Of a DNA stretch of 64,000 nt, positions 1 through 9,054 are shown piece after piece. The notes under the pieces were generated by a model. It was not told the origin of the DNA. It saw nothing but the letters and a program-made list of their open reading frames with translations, and did not search any database. Source of the DNA: Methanobacteriota archaeon. GTDB taxonomy: Archaea; Thermoplasmatota; Poseidoniia; Poseidoniales; Thalassarchaeaceae. The DNA lies in NCBI GenBank assembly GCA_002730095.1, contig PBZE01000050.1, positions 6,258-70,257 of the forward strand, given 5' to 3'. Position numbers and translations under genes: made by a program. Position 1 is the first letter of the stretch, and every line of letters begins with the position of its first letter.

Positions 1-2
1 CT

Positions 3-803
3 CATGGCTCAGAGGCTGGAGCCGAATTCCTAGACCGAATGACCAGAATGACAATCTCGATCTGTACTGCATTAGGATTCACAACTGGTATCGATGACGA
101 AGACCTGCCTCCTGAGGCTAAGGAGGAAATCGTAAAGATAAACAAGCGTGGAAGTGATGCAGTTGATGTTGAACTTGAGAAATTTGGAAAGGACGGTAGG
201 AGATACGAGTCGCGTCCGGGAAGGACGCCATTGGAGACGCTAGAGGAGAATATCTTGATGATTCTGGACGAAGCTAAGACTGAATCCGGTAACATTGCTA
301 AATCATTCCTCGGTTCTGACAACGCTGCGGTAATGATGGCAACTTCGGGCGCCAGAGGTTCCATGGATAACCTAGCTATGATGGCCGGCTCTATAGGTCA
401 GCCCAAGGTCCGTGGAAAGAGACTCGAGAGAGGCTATCAGGACAGGGTATTAGCACATTTCCCCAGGAATGCGAAGGGGGCCCAGGAGAAGGGATTCGTA
501 GGGTCCTCATTCAAGAGAGGACTTGAGCCAACTGAATTCTTTATGCTTTCAGTTTCTGGTCGCGAGTCACTGGTTGATACCGCTGTTAGGACCGCTAAGT
601 CAGGATACATGCAGAGGAGGCTAATCAATGCCATGGATGATCTGAAGGTGGTGGATGACGGAATGGGTTCTGTAAGAAATACGGCTAACAGAATTATACA
701 GTTCGAATATGGTGAGGACGGAGTAGATCCGGCCAGAAGTAGAGGAGGCCGGCCATTCGATGTTACTATGGTATTAGATGACGCATTAGGAGGTGAAAAC
801 TGA
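3..803 (+). CDS. rpoA1: DNA-directed RNA polymerase subunit A' (C-terminal part, truncated by window edge)
   Basis: Frame is open from position 3. Motifs [28 protein letters not shown] (bridge helix) and YGEDGVDP. Followed by rpoA2. Confidence 0.97.
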   Translation, partial: HGSEAGAEFLDRMTRMTISICTALGFTTGIDDEDLPPEAKEEIVKINKRGSDAVDVELEKFGKDGRRYESRPGRTPLETLEENILMILDEAKTESGNIAKSFLGSDNAAVMMATSGARGSMDNLAMMAGSIGQPKVRGKRLERGYQDRVLAHFPRNAKGAQEKGFVGSSFKRGLEPTEFFMLSVSGRESLVDTAVRTAKSGYMQRRLINAMDDLKVVDDGMGSVRNTANRIIQFEYGEDGVDPARSRGGRPFDVTMVLDDALGGEN

Positions 804-2374
804 TGGTCGTTAAGAGTGCAACAAAGAAAAAGCTCATGGATCTACAGATTGATGAGGAATATGCCCATAAGCTAGCAGATGACAGGAAATGGGATGATGT
901 CAAAGTCCTGACGCCTGGGCAAATAGCTCAGATATGTGGTATCGATTCAGGCACCGCCCAAAGAATCAGCGACCTCATGGCGGCTTCTTCCAAGTCTGCT
1001 AGAAGTGCAGCAGCCTCTACCGAGAAGACTGTTGTTAGGAGGAAGTCAGCAGCTGCCAGAAGGAGGAGGAAGTCAATGCTACCTCTGGAGGGATTCGATG
1101 ATGAATACAAGATGGGACAGATTCTCAGAGACGTAGACCATCACGATGAGATTTACCAGCAGCTACTTTCAGCTTCTGTTGATTCCAATGTCAGCCTCAC
1201 TCCGAGAATGATCATGGACCTCACAGAGGGAATAAGGTCTAGGGGAATAAAGAAGATTACCCCCTCCAAGGCCAAGAAAGTTATTGAATCGGCCCGCAAG
1301 TCATTGGTTTTGTCTAGAGCTGATCCACACGAGGCCGTAGGGATCACAACAGCACAATCCATCGGTGAGCCAGGTACTCAGATGACCATGAGGACTTTCC
1401 ACTATGCTGGTGTGGCAACTGTTAACGTTACTCAGGGACTTCCCAGAATCATCGAAATTGTGGATGCAAGAAAAACTCCAAACACCCCGACTATGAGAAT
1501 ATACCTCAATGAGAAGAATGCGAAAGGCAAGCCTCTGAGGACCAATGAGAAACTCGTCAGGGAAATTGCAGCGGGCCTTGAAGCAACAACCACTAGTGAT
1601 ATTGCAAATATTGACGTTGAGGTTGCTCAGAGGTATCTAAGCCTGAAATTGAACAAGTCAAACATGCGGTTGAAGAATATGACTGGTGCGGAAGTTCAAG
1701 ATAAGCTAAGTAGGGCTTTGAGGCTTTACATACAGGCTGATTCGGATGATAAGCCTTCTGAATTGAAAATCATACCAGGTGTTGCAAAGAAAGAAGACCT
1801 CGAAACACTTGCCACGGACCCTCCCACATATACTGATCTTCTACAGCTCGAAGACAAAATAAAGAAGCTACAGCTAAAGGGAATTAGGGGCATTGCTAGG
1901 GCTAATGTCCAGGCAGGGGACAATGACGAGTACTATATCTCTACCATAGGTTCCAATCTCCCTAAGGTAAGCGAATTCGCAGGCATAGACAGATCTAGGA
2001 CTTATACCAATAATATCAATGAAATTCAGGCCTATCTCGGCATAGAGGCCGCACGTCAGGCGATTATCAACGAGATGTATGATACTCTAGAAGGCGCCGG
2101 ACTTGATGTCGATGTTAGGCACTTGATTACGGTATCAGATGTAATGACAAGCAGTGGAGAGGTAAGGGCCATTGGTAGACATGGTGTCAGCGGAACCAAG
2201 CATAGCATTTTGGCTAGGTCCGCTTTCGAGGTAACAGTTTCCCACTTGCTAAGGGCTGGTATCATCGGTGAGAGAGACGAGCTAAGGGGAGTAACAGAAA
2301 ACATCGTAGTCGGCCAACCAATAGCACTTGGTACGGGCAGCGTCGATCTGTTCTATATTCCAGATGAGGCATAG
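803..2374 (+). CDS. rpoA2: DNA-directed RNA polymerase subunit A'' with long N-terminal extension
   Basis: [17 protein letters not shown] trigger loop, [28 protein letters not shown] overlap with rpoA1. Confidence 0.97.
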   Translation: MVVKSATKKKLMDLQIDEEYAHKLADDRKWDDVKVLTPGQIAQICGIDSGTAQRISDLMAASSKSARSAAASTEKTVVRRKSAAARRRRKSMLPLEGFDDEYKMGQILRDVDHHDEIYQQLLSASVDSNVSLTPRMIMDLTEGIRSRGIKKITPSKAKKVIESARKSLVLSRADPHEAVGITTAQSIGEPGTQMTMRTFHYAGVATVNVTQGLPRIIEIVDARKTPNTPTMRIYLNEKNAKGKPLRTNEKLVREIAAGLEATTTSDIANIDVEVAQRYLSLKLNKSNMRLKNMTGAEVQDKLSRALRLYIQADSDDKPSELKIIPGVAKKEDLETLATDPPTYTDLLQLEDKIKKLQLKGIRGIARANVQAGDNDEYYISTIGSNLPKVSEFAGIDRSRTYTNNINEIQAYLGIEAARQAIINEMYDTLEGAGLDVDVRHLITVSDVMTSSGEVRAIGRHGVSGTKHSILARSAFEVTVSHLLRAGIIGERDELRGVTENIVVGQPIALGTGSVDLFYIPDEA

Positions 2375-2385
2375 AGGGTGAAAAA

Positions 2386-2682
2386 ATGGATCTAACAAGA
2401 AATCTAAAGCAGGCTTTGAGCACAGGTAAAGTAATATTCGGCCAGAGGGAAACTATGGGCGCATGTTCCAAAGGAGATGCAAGACTGGTATTAGTCGCTG
2501 CTAACTGCCCAGACAAATTCCTATCCGACATTACAGAGTCCCATCCCAGCATACCAGTACATAGGATTTCCATGGTGAACAGACAATTAGGCGCAGCATG
2601 TGCGAGACCATTCTCAGTAAGCGCCTTATGTATTGTTGATCCAGGGCAGAGCGAATTACTTTCTCTGCAGCACAATCTCTGA
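2386..2682 (+). CDS. rpl30e: 50S ribosomal protein L30e
   Basis: TGKVIFG...LVLVAANCP...LGAACARPF..SALCIVDPGQS. Canonical position after rpoA2. Confidence 0.93.
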   Translation: MDLTRNLKQALSTGKVIFGQRETMGACSKGDARLVLVAANCPDKFLSDITESHPSIPVHRISMVNRQLGAACARPFSVSALCIVDPGQSELLSLQHNL

Positions 2683-2751
2683 ATGTAGAAATAGGCGTTT
2701 GTAACAATCTACTAGCGGACGCTTCAAGTCCCAATACTCCTTCAGTGTATC

Positions 2752-3693
2752 ATGGAAGACGCCGTAAGGCATCTGTTGCGGTCTAGAGGAATACGTCTCG
2801 ATCACCCAGAAAACAGCGCATCAGACACTGGCTTTTGTCTATTGGGAGTTGCTGAAAGAGTTCCCGATTTCGGCGAAAAAAGAGGAGAACCAGTAAATAT
2901 CTGGCATGTCAAATCCGATTTATTGCCAGTCAGTATGGCCGAATTTGAAAGATGGCTAGTCGATGCTCCTAGGGGCAGACACTGGCTACTAAGTGAGAGG
3001 AAGATGCCTGATAGATATGCAACCTTGTTGCCATCAGAATCAGAGATAGTCGTATGGGGCCCGAACGAAATGTCAGTGTGGCTCGGAGAGGCGATCTTGT
3101 CAGGGGACCTAAAGGTCACATCCCCAGTATCTCAGTCAGAAAATACCAAAATTGAGTACGATAATAAGGGAAAAACAGATCGAGATGTAGGTACAATAGA
3201 GCCGATAATCGACATTGAATCTTGGCTAATTCAGAAAGGGCTCGAAGAAGGAGCATTGACATATCCGATCCATCTGAATTGCATTATTTGGGATATAGAA
3301 GGAAATATTGTTTCCCCCTCTGGCGAGTCCGAACAAAAAACCTGGATGGTTCTTGAAGACCCTTGGACATCCTCAATATCGCTTTTCGACGGGTTTGACA
3401 ACCCCTCTTCCCCTCCGAGTTTGAGAGTACTGGACCCACCCGTTTCAAAATGGAAAGCACCAGATGAACTAATTTCCCAGCTACCATCCATATTGGATAC
3501 TAGAAGACGGGGGCAGATGGAAGACAACGATTCGTCTGTCAGAAGCATAATGCTTGAATGGTGGAGATTAGATACAAGCTCAACCAAAATTACGCCAATG
3601 CATATTGGGGTGCCTGCTTGGATTGTAAAAATCGCAGGAAAGGAAGACACTGTTCTGCATGGCATAAATGGTCGGACATTTCCATTTGCCTAA
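2752..3693 (+). CDS. Hypothetical protein; N-terminus weakly resembles a degenerate Mrr/restriction-endonuclease-like fold
   Basis: 313-aa ORF with its own TTCAAG box at -29. Fold assignment is by eye only. Confidence 0.7.
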   Translation: MEDAVRHLLRSRGIRLDHPENSASDTGFCLLGVAERVPDFGEKRGEPVNIWHVKSDLLPVSMAEFERWLVDAPRGRHWLLSERKMPDRYATLLPSESEIVVWGPNEMSVWLGEAILSGDLKVTSPVSQSENTKIEYDNKGKTDRDVGTIEPIIDIESWLIQKGLEEGALTYPIHLNCIIWDIEGNIVSPSGESEQKTWMVLEDPWTSSISLFDGFDNPSSPPSLRVLDPPVSKWKAPDELISQLPSILDTRRRGQMEDNDSSVRSIMLEWWRLDTSSTKITPMHIGVPAWIVKIAGKEDTVLHGINGRTFPFA

Positions 3694-4562
3694 TTTCTCT
3701 GCAGCGACATAAGCTCTTCCGTTGACAACGTATCCCCAGACATCAGTTTAGACATTAAATCCGAAACCTCAGTCTTCTCTTCTGATTCTCCTCCATCGGT
3801 TCTCATCTCCATCGCCTTAATTATATCCTGTATGGAGTGAATACATCTGAGTGATACTATGTACAGGCTGTGTACGGAATCAGCCTCTTTCTTGGTCTTG
3901 GTTAGTCCTGCATGCGCGGAATTTGCCTGATCTCTCAATCGGTCTACTTCTTCAGACAGCTCCACCATTAAGTCATGAGATTCCTGGGCTGCTACGACTG
4001 CCTGCTCAACTCGGTTGTGAGCCTCTTCTTGCAATCTTTCAGCACTACGGACTCCCGACTTTAGATCACTTAATCTGCCTCCATCTTTGTTAGAAGCCTT
4101 CGCCTCCTTCAACTCCTGGCTGAGCTTCTTCATCTCTCTAAAGAATCCCTTTTCACTAGCCCCTGTGAATCCGCCTCTTTCGTATTTTCTTTCCAAGGCG
4201 TCCATTTTAGCCCTAATTTTTGTAGGCGAAGGTCCTGATTTGCGAGCTCCAGTCTCTCCACTTTCCTCGAGCCTAGAAAGGACCTCTCTCAATTCAGTTC
4301 TAATGGCCTTAAGTTCATCCGACCTCTCAGCTCTTTCAATTTTCAAATCCTTGACTTTCGAGTTAGCATCGTCCCGTGTTTCTTTCTGAGATCGGACTTC
4401 GGAAATGAGTTCCTTGACTTGGCGATTAACTTCATTTCTTGTGTCAAGATAAGCTCGAACTTTTGCATTCAGCTCATCTCGAAGATCTCGTTTTTCTTCG
4501 AGCCCCGCCTCGAGGGAATCCTTCACAGGTGCGAACACAGCATTGATTTCGTCAAGCTCCAA
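3690..4562 (-). CDS. Archaeal coiled-coil protein (COG1340-like), paralog 1
   Basis: Heptad-rich E/K/R sequence, RDELNAKV..., C-terminal KLMSGDTLSTEELMSLQ motif typical of the family. SD-like GGGAGG upstream of TTG. Confidence 0.85.
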   Translation of the reverse strand: MELDEINAVFAPVKDSLEAGLEEKRDLRDELNAKVRAYLDTRNEVNRQVKELISEVRSQKETRDDANSKVKDLKIERAERSDELKAIRTELREVLSRLEESGETGARKSGPSPTKIRAKMDALERKYERGGFTGASEKGFFREMKKLSQELKEAKASNKDGGRLSDLKSGVRSAERLQEEAHNRVEQAVVAAQESHDLMVELSEEVDRLRDQANSAHAGLTKTKKEADSVHSLYIVSLRCIHSIQDIIKAMEMRTDGGESEEKTEVSDLMSKLMSGDTLSTEELMSLQRN

Positions 4563-4620
4563 GCGTCTTCCTCCCTAATCCGAATTTGAACTAACATTTA
4601 AGCACATATACAGCAATATC

Positions 4621-5589
4621 TCAATCTTCCCTATTGGTGGCAAGATTGCCTTTCCTAGGTCCTCTGCGAGATACTCCAATCTTCCGCCTTCTTTTTTGAG
4701 AATCGGATTTGGAGTCAGAGGATTTTACATTAGAATCTGAACTATTGCCAGCAAGATCCGAAAGGCTACCTGAACCCAATAATGCATCTAACTCTACAGT
4801 ACTTAGGGAACCCCCAGTCTGTGCCTTGGCCTTAATCTCGGAGAATCTGACCTTCCTATTTCTTCCTCCGGTCACCCTTTGATATGACCTAATCCTGGAG
4901 AGATTTTTCCGTAGTGTTTTCCTCTCGCTATCGATTGACTCCATTCTTTTGTCAATCTTGGTTATCCTCTTGCTGATTTTATTAACTTCGGACCTATTCG
5001 CCTTGCCTTCTGGACCAGATTCCGAAATCACCTGATCTTCCAACTCCTTTTTCTCCTTCCTACCTTCATCCAGCTTAGTAGTCACGTTCCTCATCTCTTT
5101 GGCCTTTTGGACGTATTCAGAGTGTGCAACTTCAGATTCAGACTTCTTAGAAATTGAAGCTTGAATTTCGAAGAATCTTCTGAATGCCTCCAACTCCCTA
5201 GGAAGAGTCGGTACTGCTGTTAGGTCGTTATCAATGGTAGTTAATCTTCTGTAAGTTTCTGAAAGCCACTCTTTTAGGACTTCCATAGGAGGAGGAATCA
5301 ATCTATTTACTTCGTCTCTTCTATTTCTAGACGAGTCTGCAGACTTTTTTAATTCATGGAATTGCCTAAGTAGCCCCCTCCTTTCAGAATTGGCCCCTTC
5401 CATCTCTCCGACAATATTTCTCAATGTCCTAACTCTGTTCACTAGGTCCATTCTCTCGGCCCTGAGGTCCCTCCTTTCGCCTTCAAGCGAACCTAGAGAA
5501 CGCTCTAGCTCACTTCTGAAGTCATGAATTTGATTCCCATCAAGCTCCTCAAGGTCTTGAAAGGAGCCATCTCCGATATTGTCACTCAT
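4621..5589 (-). CDS. Archaeal coiled-coil protein (COG1340-like), paralog 2
   Basis: Coiled coil, RDEVN motif, C-terminal KAQTGGSLSTVELDALL followed by a basic tail. Confidence 0.8.
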   Translation of the reverse strand: MSDNIGDGSFQDLEELDGNQIHDFRSELERSLGSLEGERRDLRAERMDLVNRVRTLRNIVGEMEGANSERRGLLRQFHELKKSADSSRNRRDEVNRLIPPPMEVLKEWLSETYRRLTTIDNDLTAVPTLPRELEAFRRFFEIQASISKKSESEVAHSEYVQKAKEMRNVTTKLDEGRKEKKELEDQVISESGPEGKANRSEVNKISKRITKIDKRMESIDSERKTLRKNLSRIRSYQRVTGGRNRKVRFSEIKAKAQTGGSLSTVELDALLGSGSLSDLAGNSSDSNVKSSDSKSDSQKRRRKIGVSRRGPRKGNLATNRED

Positions 5590-6401
5590 TCCTCTTCCTC
5601 CTTCCTCTTCCTAGTCTTCCTCGAAGCAAACGAAGAAGGCCCTCCTGACAAAACCCTATTCATATCAACAAGTAGATCATCAAATCCACTCACTTCGTCT
5701 CCAAAACCCGTAGAAACCTTCCCTTCCCAGAGAACTATTGCATCAGACGATTGAGAATAAAGCTCCTTCGCCCTATCTAATTGCCTTCGTGTATCTCTAA
5801 TTTCCGATTGCAGTTCAACCATCTTCTCATACAAAGGCTGTGCCTTTTCTACTGCCTTGAGCATTCTCGAATGGGCATATTCAGAAGTCTTGAAATTCGA
5901 AACCATGATTTTCCTAGAATCAAGATAATTTGACATTTCCGGATTGGAGGAACGCCTTTCCTTGAGCCACTTCTCGTTCTGTTCAATCAACTTCCTCCTT
6001 CTGGCAATTAGCTTTCCTTCTTCTTTATGATCCAATGCCGAGGTCTCAATCGTGGACTCAATATTCTCTAGCTCTTCTAGGAGCTTAACCTTCTTCCATT
6101 CCGGATCCAAATTAACCATTCCTCCGCTTTTTGATAGCACCTCTATTGATCCTTTGACTTCACTTAGTTTCTCTCTGGCAATGGCCTTGGCCGAATCTCT
6201 CTCCTTCTTTTTCTCGGCCACCAATTCATTGGCGGTTCTGTGAGCTTCTACCGCCCTTTTTACACGAGGAACTAGGGCTTCTTCCTCAACCTCTAAGTTC
6301 CTGATGACATTGGGAAGCTGCTCTTCCAAAGCTTTCCATCGAGCAAGAAGGCCTTCTGCAAGCTCTTTCGGCTTAACCTCCATCAGTCGTTCAACGTCCA
6401 T
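5586..6401 (-). CDS. Archaeal coiled-coil protein (COG1340-like), paralog 3
   Basis: IESTIETSALDHKEEGKLI hinge motif. Start reassigned to ATG 6401 (MDVERL). 4-bp overlap with the next gene. Confidence 0.8.
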   Translation of the reverse strand: MDVERLMEVKPKELAEGLLARWKALEEQLPNVIRNLEVEEEALVPRVKRAVEAHRTANELVAEKKKERDSAKAIAREKLSEVKGSIEVLSKSGGMVNLDPEWKKVKLLEELENIESTIETSALDHKEEGKLIARRRKLIEQNEKWLKERRSSNPEMSNYLDSRKIMVSNFKTSEYAHSRMLKAVEKAQPLYEKMVELQSEIRDTRRQLDRAKELYSQSSDAIVLWEGKVSTGFGDEVSGFDDLLVDMNRVLSGGPSSFASRKTRKRKEEEE

Positions 6402-6504
6402 GATATTCCCGCCCACCCGGGACCGTCGGTTAAAGGTCACTATGTGACCTTGGCAGGGGTTTGTTTGATACGCCTTCACATCTCGCAAGTTTTGGGGGAC
6501 AGGT

Positions 6505-8178
6505 ATGAAGCATATCGCAAACTATGCATTGGCGGCAGTTTTCTTGCTCGTAATATCTGTCATAGTAACCGCCGATTCTGAAAATATATCTCCTCTGACT
6601 ATACAAGATTCAGAATTATGGGAAATTACAGTCATCGACCAGTCAACATTATCCCCCAATGGAAATCTGACAGTATCCAATGGAGATTATGTTAGTATTT
6701 CCGTAGAGGTTTCCAGCGATGTCAACCATCAAATAAATGGATCATGGGAATTTAAATTCCTTTCAGCTGGAATCTGGCAAAATTCAGCGATTCAAAATGT
6801 TTCATGGTTTCCCAATGAGACAAAAAACCTACAGGCAACCATTGGCCCATTTACCGAAGGCACATCTACAATAATTTTTGATGTAAATGTGGAAAATTCC
6901 CTACTCAATATTTCACAGATAAGAAATATTAGAGTGGCCCCGAATCCGGTAATTTTCAGCTCAGCTGGGGATTCTGTAATTGCCATCACTGGCGAGCCTG
7001 CATATGTTGGAGATACTTTGACTGCATCTATATTAGTTAAGAATCAGGGCGACACCGAAGGGCATGTATCACTCAGGCTTACGCATGATGAATCTTCAGA
7101 ATCATACATCGGGCAAAATGTCTCTATTAGCCCTGGATCGAGTAGGGAAGTATCAGTAGATTTCGATTTCACCACTCCGGGGGGGAAAGAAATGAGGTGG
7201 GATGTAATGAGTAACATTGGAGGAATTTCCCTCGAACTAAATGGTTCGCATTATGTAATGATCCTTCCTCAACAGCAAGTCGAACTAGGATTAGAATCCA
7301 GTGATTGGTCCATATCTGAAGGTTTGGAACTGAACTACTGGATCTCTCTGTCAGATGGGCCATCAAGGGATGTTGAAGTTTCCATCGGAGAGTACCAAGC
7401 AGGATCATTCTCCGAGATTCAAAGGTTCCCAGTTAAGCTGGATCAAGGCATCAGAAATCTACGATTTGAGATCCCCTTTCCCGATATCAATCTAGATAGA
7501 ATTAGGATTTCGGTATCTTCGGTCGATTGGTCGCCAGGGCAGATTTCTGATTTGTACATTGAGCTCACAAGACCACAACCATTGATCCAAATTTCATCGT
7601 GTACCCAAATACCATCTATTGTCGATATTTCCGAAACATTAACTTTAGAATGTGTATTTACCAATGTAGGTAATTCCGACTCGCTACCTGGTGATATCTC
7701 ATTACTGAGGGTTTCTGATGGAATGATATTCGAAGAGTCGGGAAAGGACTCAATTTCGATAGCTATCGACGAATCGAAGATGATATCGATGGTCATCAGC
7801 GAATGGATGGATGAGGGCTCGACCCCCCTAGAAGTAAGGTATTCTTCAGGCGATATTGTGACTTCTGCAAACATCACCATTCAGGCCAATCAAATCCCGT
7901 CAGAAGGATTCAAGTTACCATTCGATACATCTGCTGCGTTACTTGGTGCAGTGGCTGGTCTCGTAATTATGATGGTCACATTAGTTCTATGGAGGGTGGC
8001 CACTGAAAGAACCCCTTCCACGGTGACTGAGAGTTCTCCTTCTATTTCTAGGATTGAAAAGAGAAGGGGATCTGACAACATAGAGGTCTCTTGTCCGACA
8101 TGCAGTCAGAGGCTCAGTATACCAGGGGCCACATTGGAAGAGTTAGATGTCCAGCATGCACCAATAGCTTCGAAGTAG
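6505..8178 (+). CDS. Secreted/membrane-anchored CARDB/Ig-like domain protein (N-terminal part; true C-terminus probably continues in the 8091..8402 frame)
   Basis: Signal peptide, CARDB-like VKNQG and FTNVGN motifs, TM helix AALLGAVAGLVIMMVTLVLW, then CPTC. Confidence 0.8.
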   Translation: MKHIANYALAAVFLLVISVIVTADSENISPLTIQDSELWEITVIDQSTLSPNGNLTVSNGDYVSISVEVSSDVNHQINGSWEFKFLSAGIWQNSAIQNVSWFPNETKNLQATIGPFTEGTSTIIFDVNVENSLLNISQIRNIRVAPNPVIFSSAGDSVIAITGEPAYVGDTLTASILVKNQGDTEGHVSLRLTHDESSESYIGQNVSISPGSSREVSVDFDFTTPGGKEMRWDVMSNIGGISLELNGSHYVMILPQQQVELGLESSDWSISEGLELNYWISLSDGPSRDVEVSIGEYQAGSFSEIQRFPVKLDQGIRNLRFEIPFPDINLDRIRISVSSVDWSPGQISDLYIELTRPQPLIQISSCTQIPSIVDISETLTLECVFTNVGNSDSLPGDISLLRVSDGMIFEESGKDSISIAIDESKMISMVISEWMDEGSTPLEVRYSSGDIVTSANITIQANQIPSEGFKLPFDTSAALLGAVAGLVIMMVTLVLWRVATERTPSTVTESSPSISRIEKRRGSDNIEVSCPTCSQRLSIPGATLEELDVQHAPIASK

Positions 8179-8402
8179 GAGTCAGGAATAATCCAACTTT
8201 GGAAGAAAAGCCTTCTGCCAGACAAGAGCCGGAAACACAGGAAATAATTTCAGAGGAGACACATCTAGAATCATCTTCGGATACTGATATTCTTTCATGC
8301 CCATCATGCGAACAGCTGCTTAAAGTACCATTAGAAAAAAGACCAGTTATGTCCAGATGTCCAGCATGCAGATCAGAATTTCAGGCACTAAGAGGCGATT
8401 AA
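8091..8402 (+). CDS. C-terminal double zinc-ribbon segment of the 6505 protein, separated by a one-base frameshift near 8121-8128
   Basis: CPAC, CPSC and CPAC complete the CPTC knuckle of the upstream frame. Stop at 8402 abuts the DtxR ATG at 8403. Confidence 0.7.
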   Translation: MSDMQSEAQYTRGHIGRVRCPACTNSFEVGVRNNPTLEEKPSARQEPETQEIISEETHLESSSDTDILSCPSCEQLLKVPLEKRPVMSRCPACRSEFQALRGD

Positions 8403-9053
8403 ATGAGTGAACTTAGCGAATACGAAGAAATGTATCTGAAGAGAATTTTCGAAATTTATGATTCTGAGCCAAGCACGATTATTAAGACATCACAGCTTGC
8501 AAATGTAATGTCGGTTAGTAACGCATCTACTACTGAGATGATTCAGAGACTTTCTGAAAGAGACCTCCTCACATACATCCCATACAAAGGTTGTAGGCTG
8601 ACTCCCGAGGGATTCAAGATAGCCGCTCGAATTAAGAGGCGAGAGGGCCTACTACAAATCCTCTTAGCAGAGGTAATCGGTTTTGAAGGAGATGTAGATG
8701 AGGCCGCTTGTAAGATGGAGCATGATATGTCTCAAGACCTAGAGAAAGCCCTAGATAGGATGCTGGGATATCCGGAAAAAACACCCGATGGCCGAAAGAT
8801 TCCCGTCATTGAGAGGAAACTAGAGGTATTGCCGAAGAAATCTTTACTTCCACTTTCATTCATTCCAGTCGGATCATCCTCTAGGATTGAGGTTATTGCA
8901 GCTAACTCCACGGAAATCCGAACATTGGAAACACTGGGTCTGAAAGTAGGCTCCACAGTTATGAAAGAGGACAGCGGAATAACATGCGATGGGGTACCAT
9001 TGAAAATTAGTGAGTCATTGATGAAGAAGATATTATCCAGGATGGAGGAGTAA
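8403..9053 (+). CDS. DtxR/MntR family metal-dependent transcriptional regulator with C-terminal FeoA-like domain
   Basis: EEMYLKRIF, wHTH (VSNASTTEMIQRL...YKGCRLT), ACKMEH, GYPEKTPDGRKIP, LETLGL. Confidence 0.9.
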   Translation: MSELSEYEEMYLKRIFEIYDSEPSTIIKTSQLANVMSVSNASTTEMIQRLSERDLLTYIPYKGCRLTPEGFKIAARIKRREGLLQILLAEVIGFEGDVDEAACKMEHDMSQDLEKALDRMLGYPEKTPDGRKIPVIERKLEVLPKKSLLPLSFIPVGSSSRIEVIAANSTEIRTLETLGLKVGSTVMKEDSGITCDGVPLKISESLMKKILSRMEE

Positions 9054-9054
9054 G

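Noticed and set aside
3690..6401. Coiled-coil genes as a split SMC/Rad50 or as phosphoserine phosphatase
   Set aside because: No Walker A/B, signature motif, zinc hook or HAD motifs are present.
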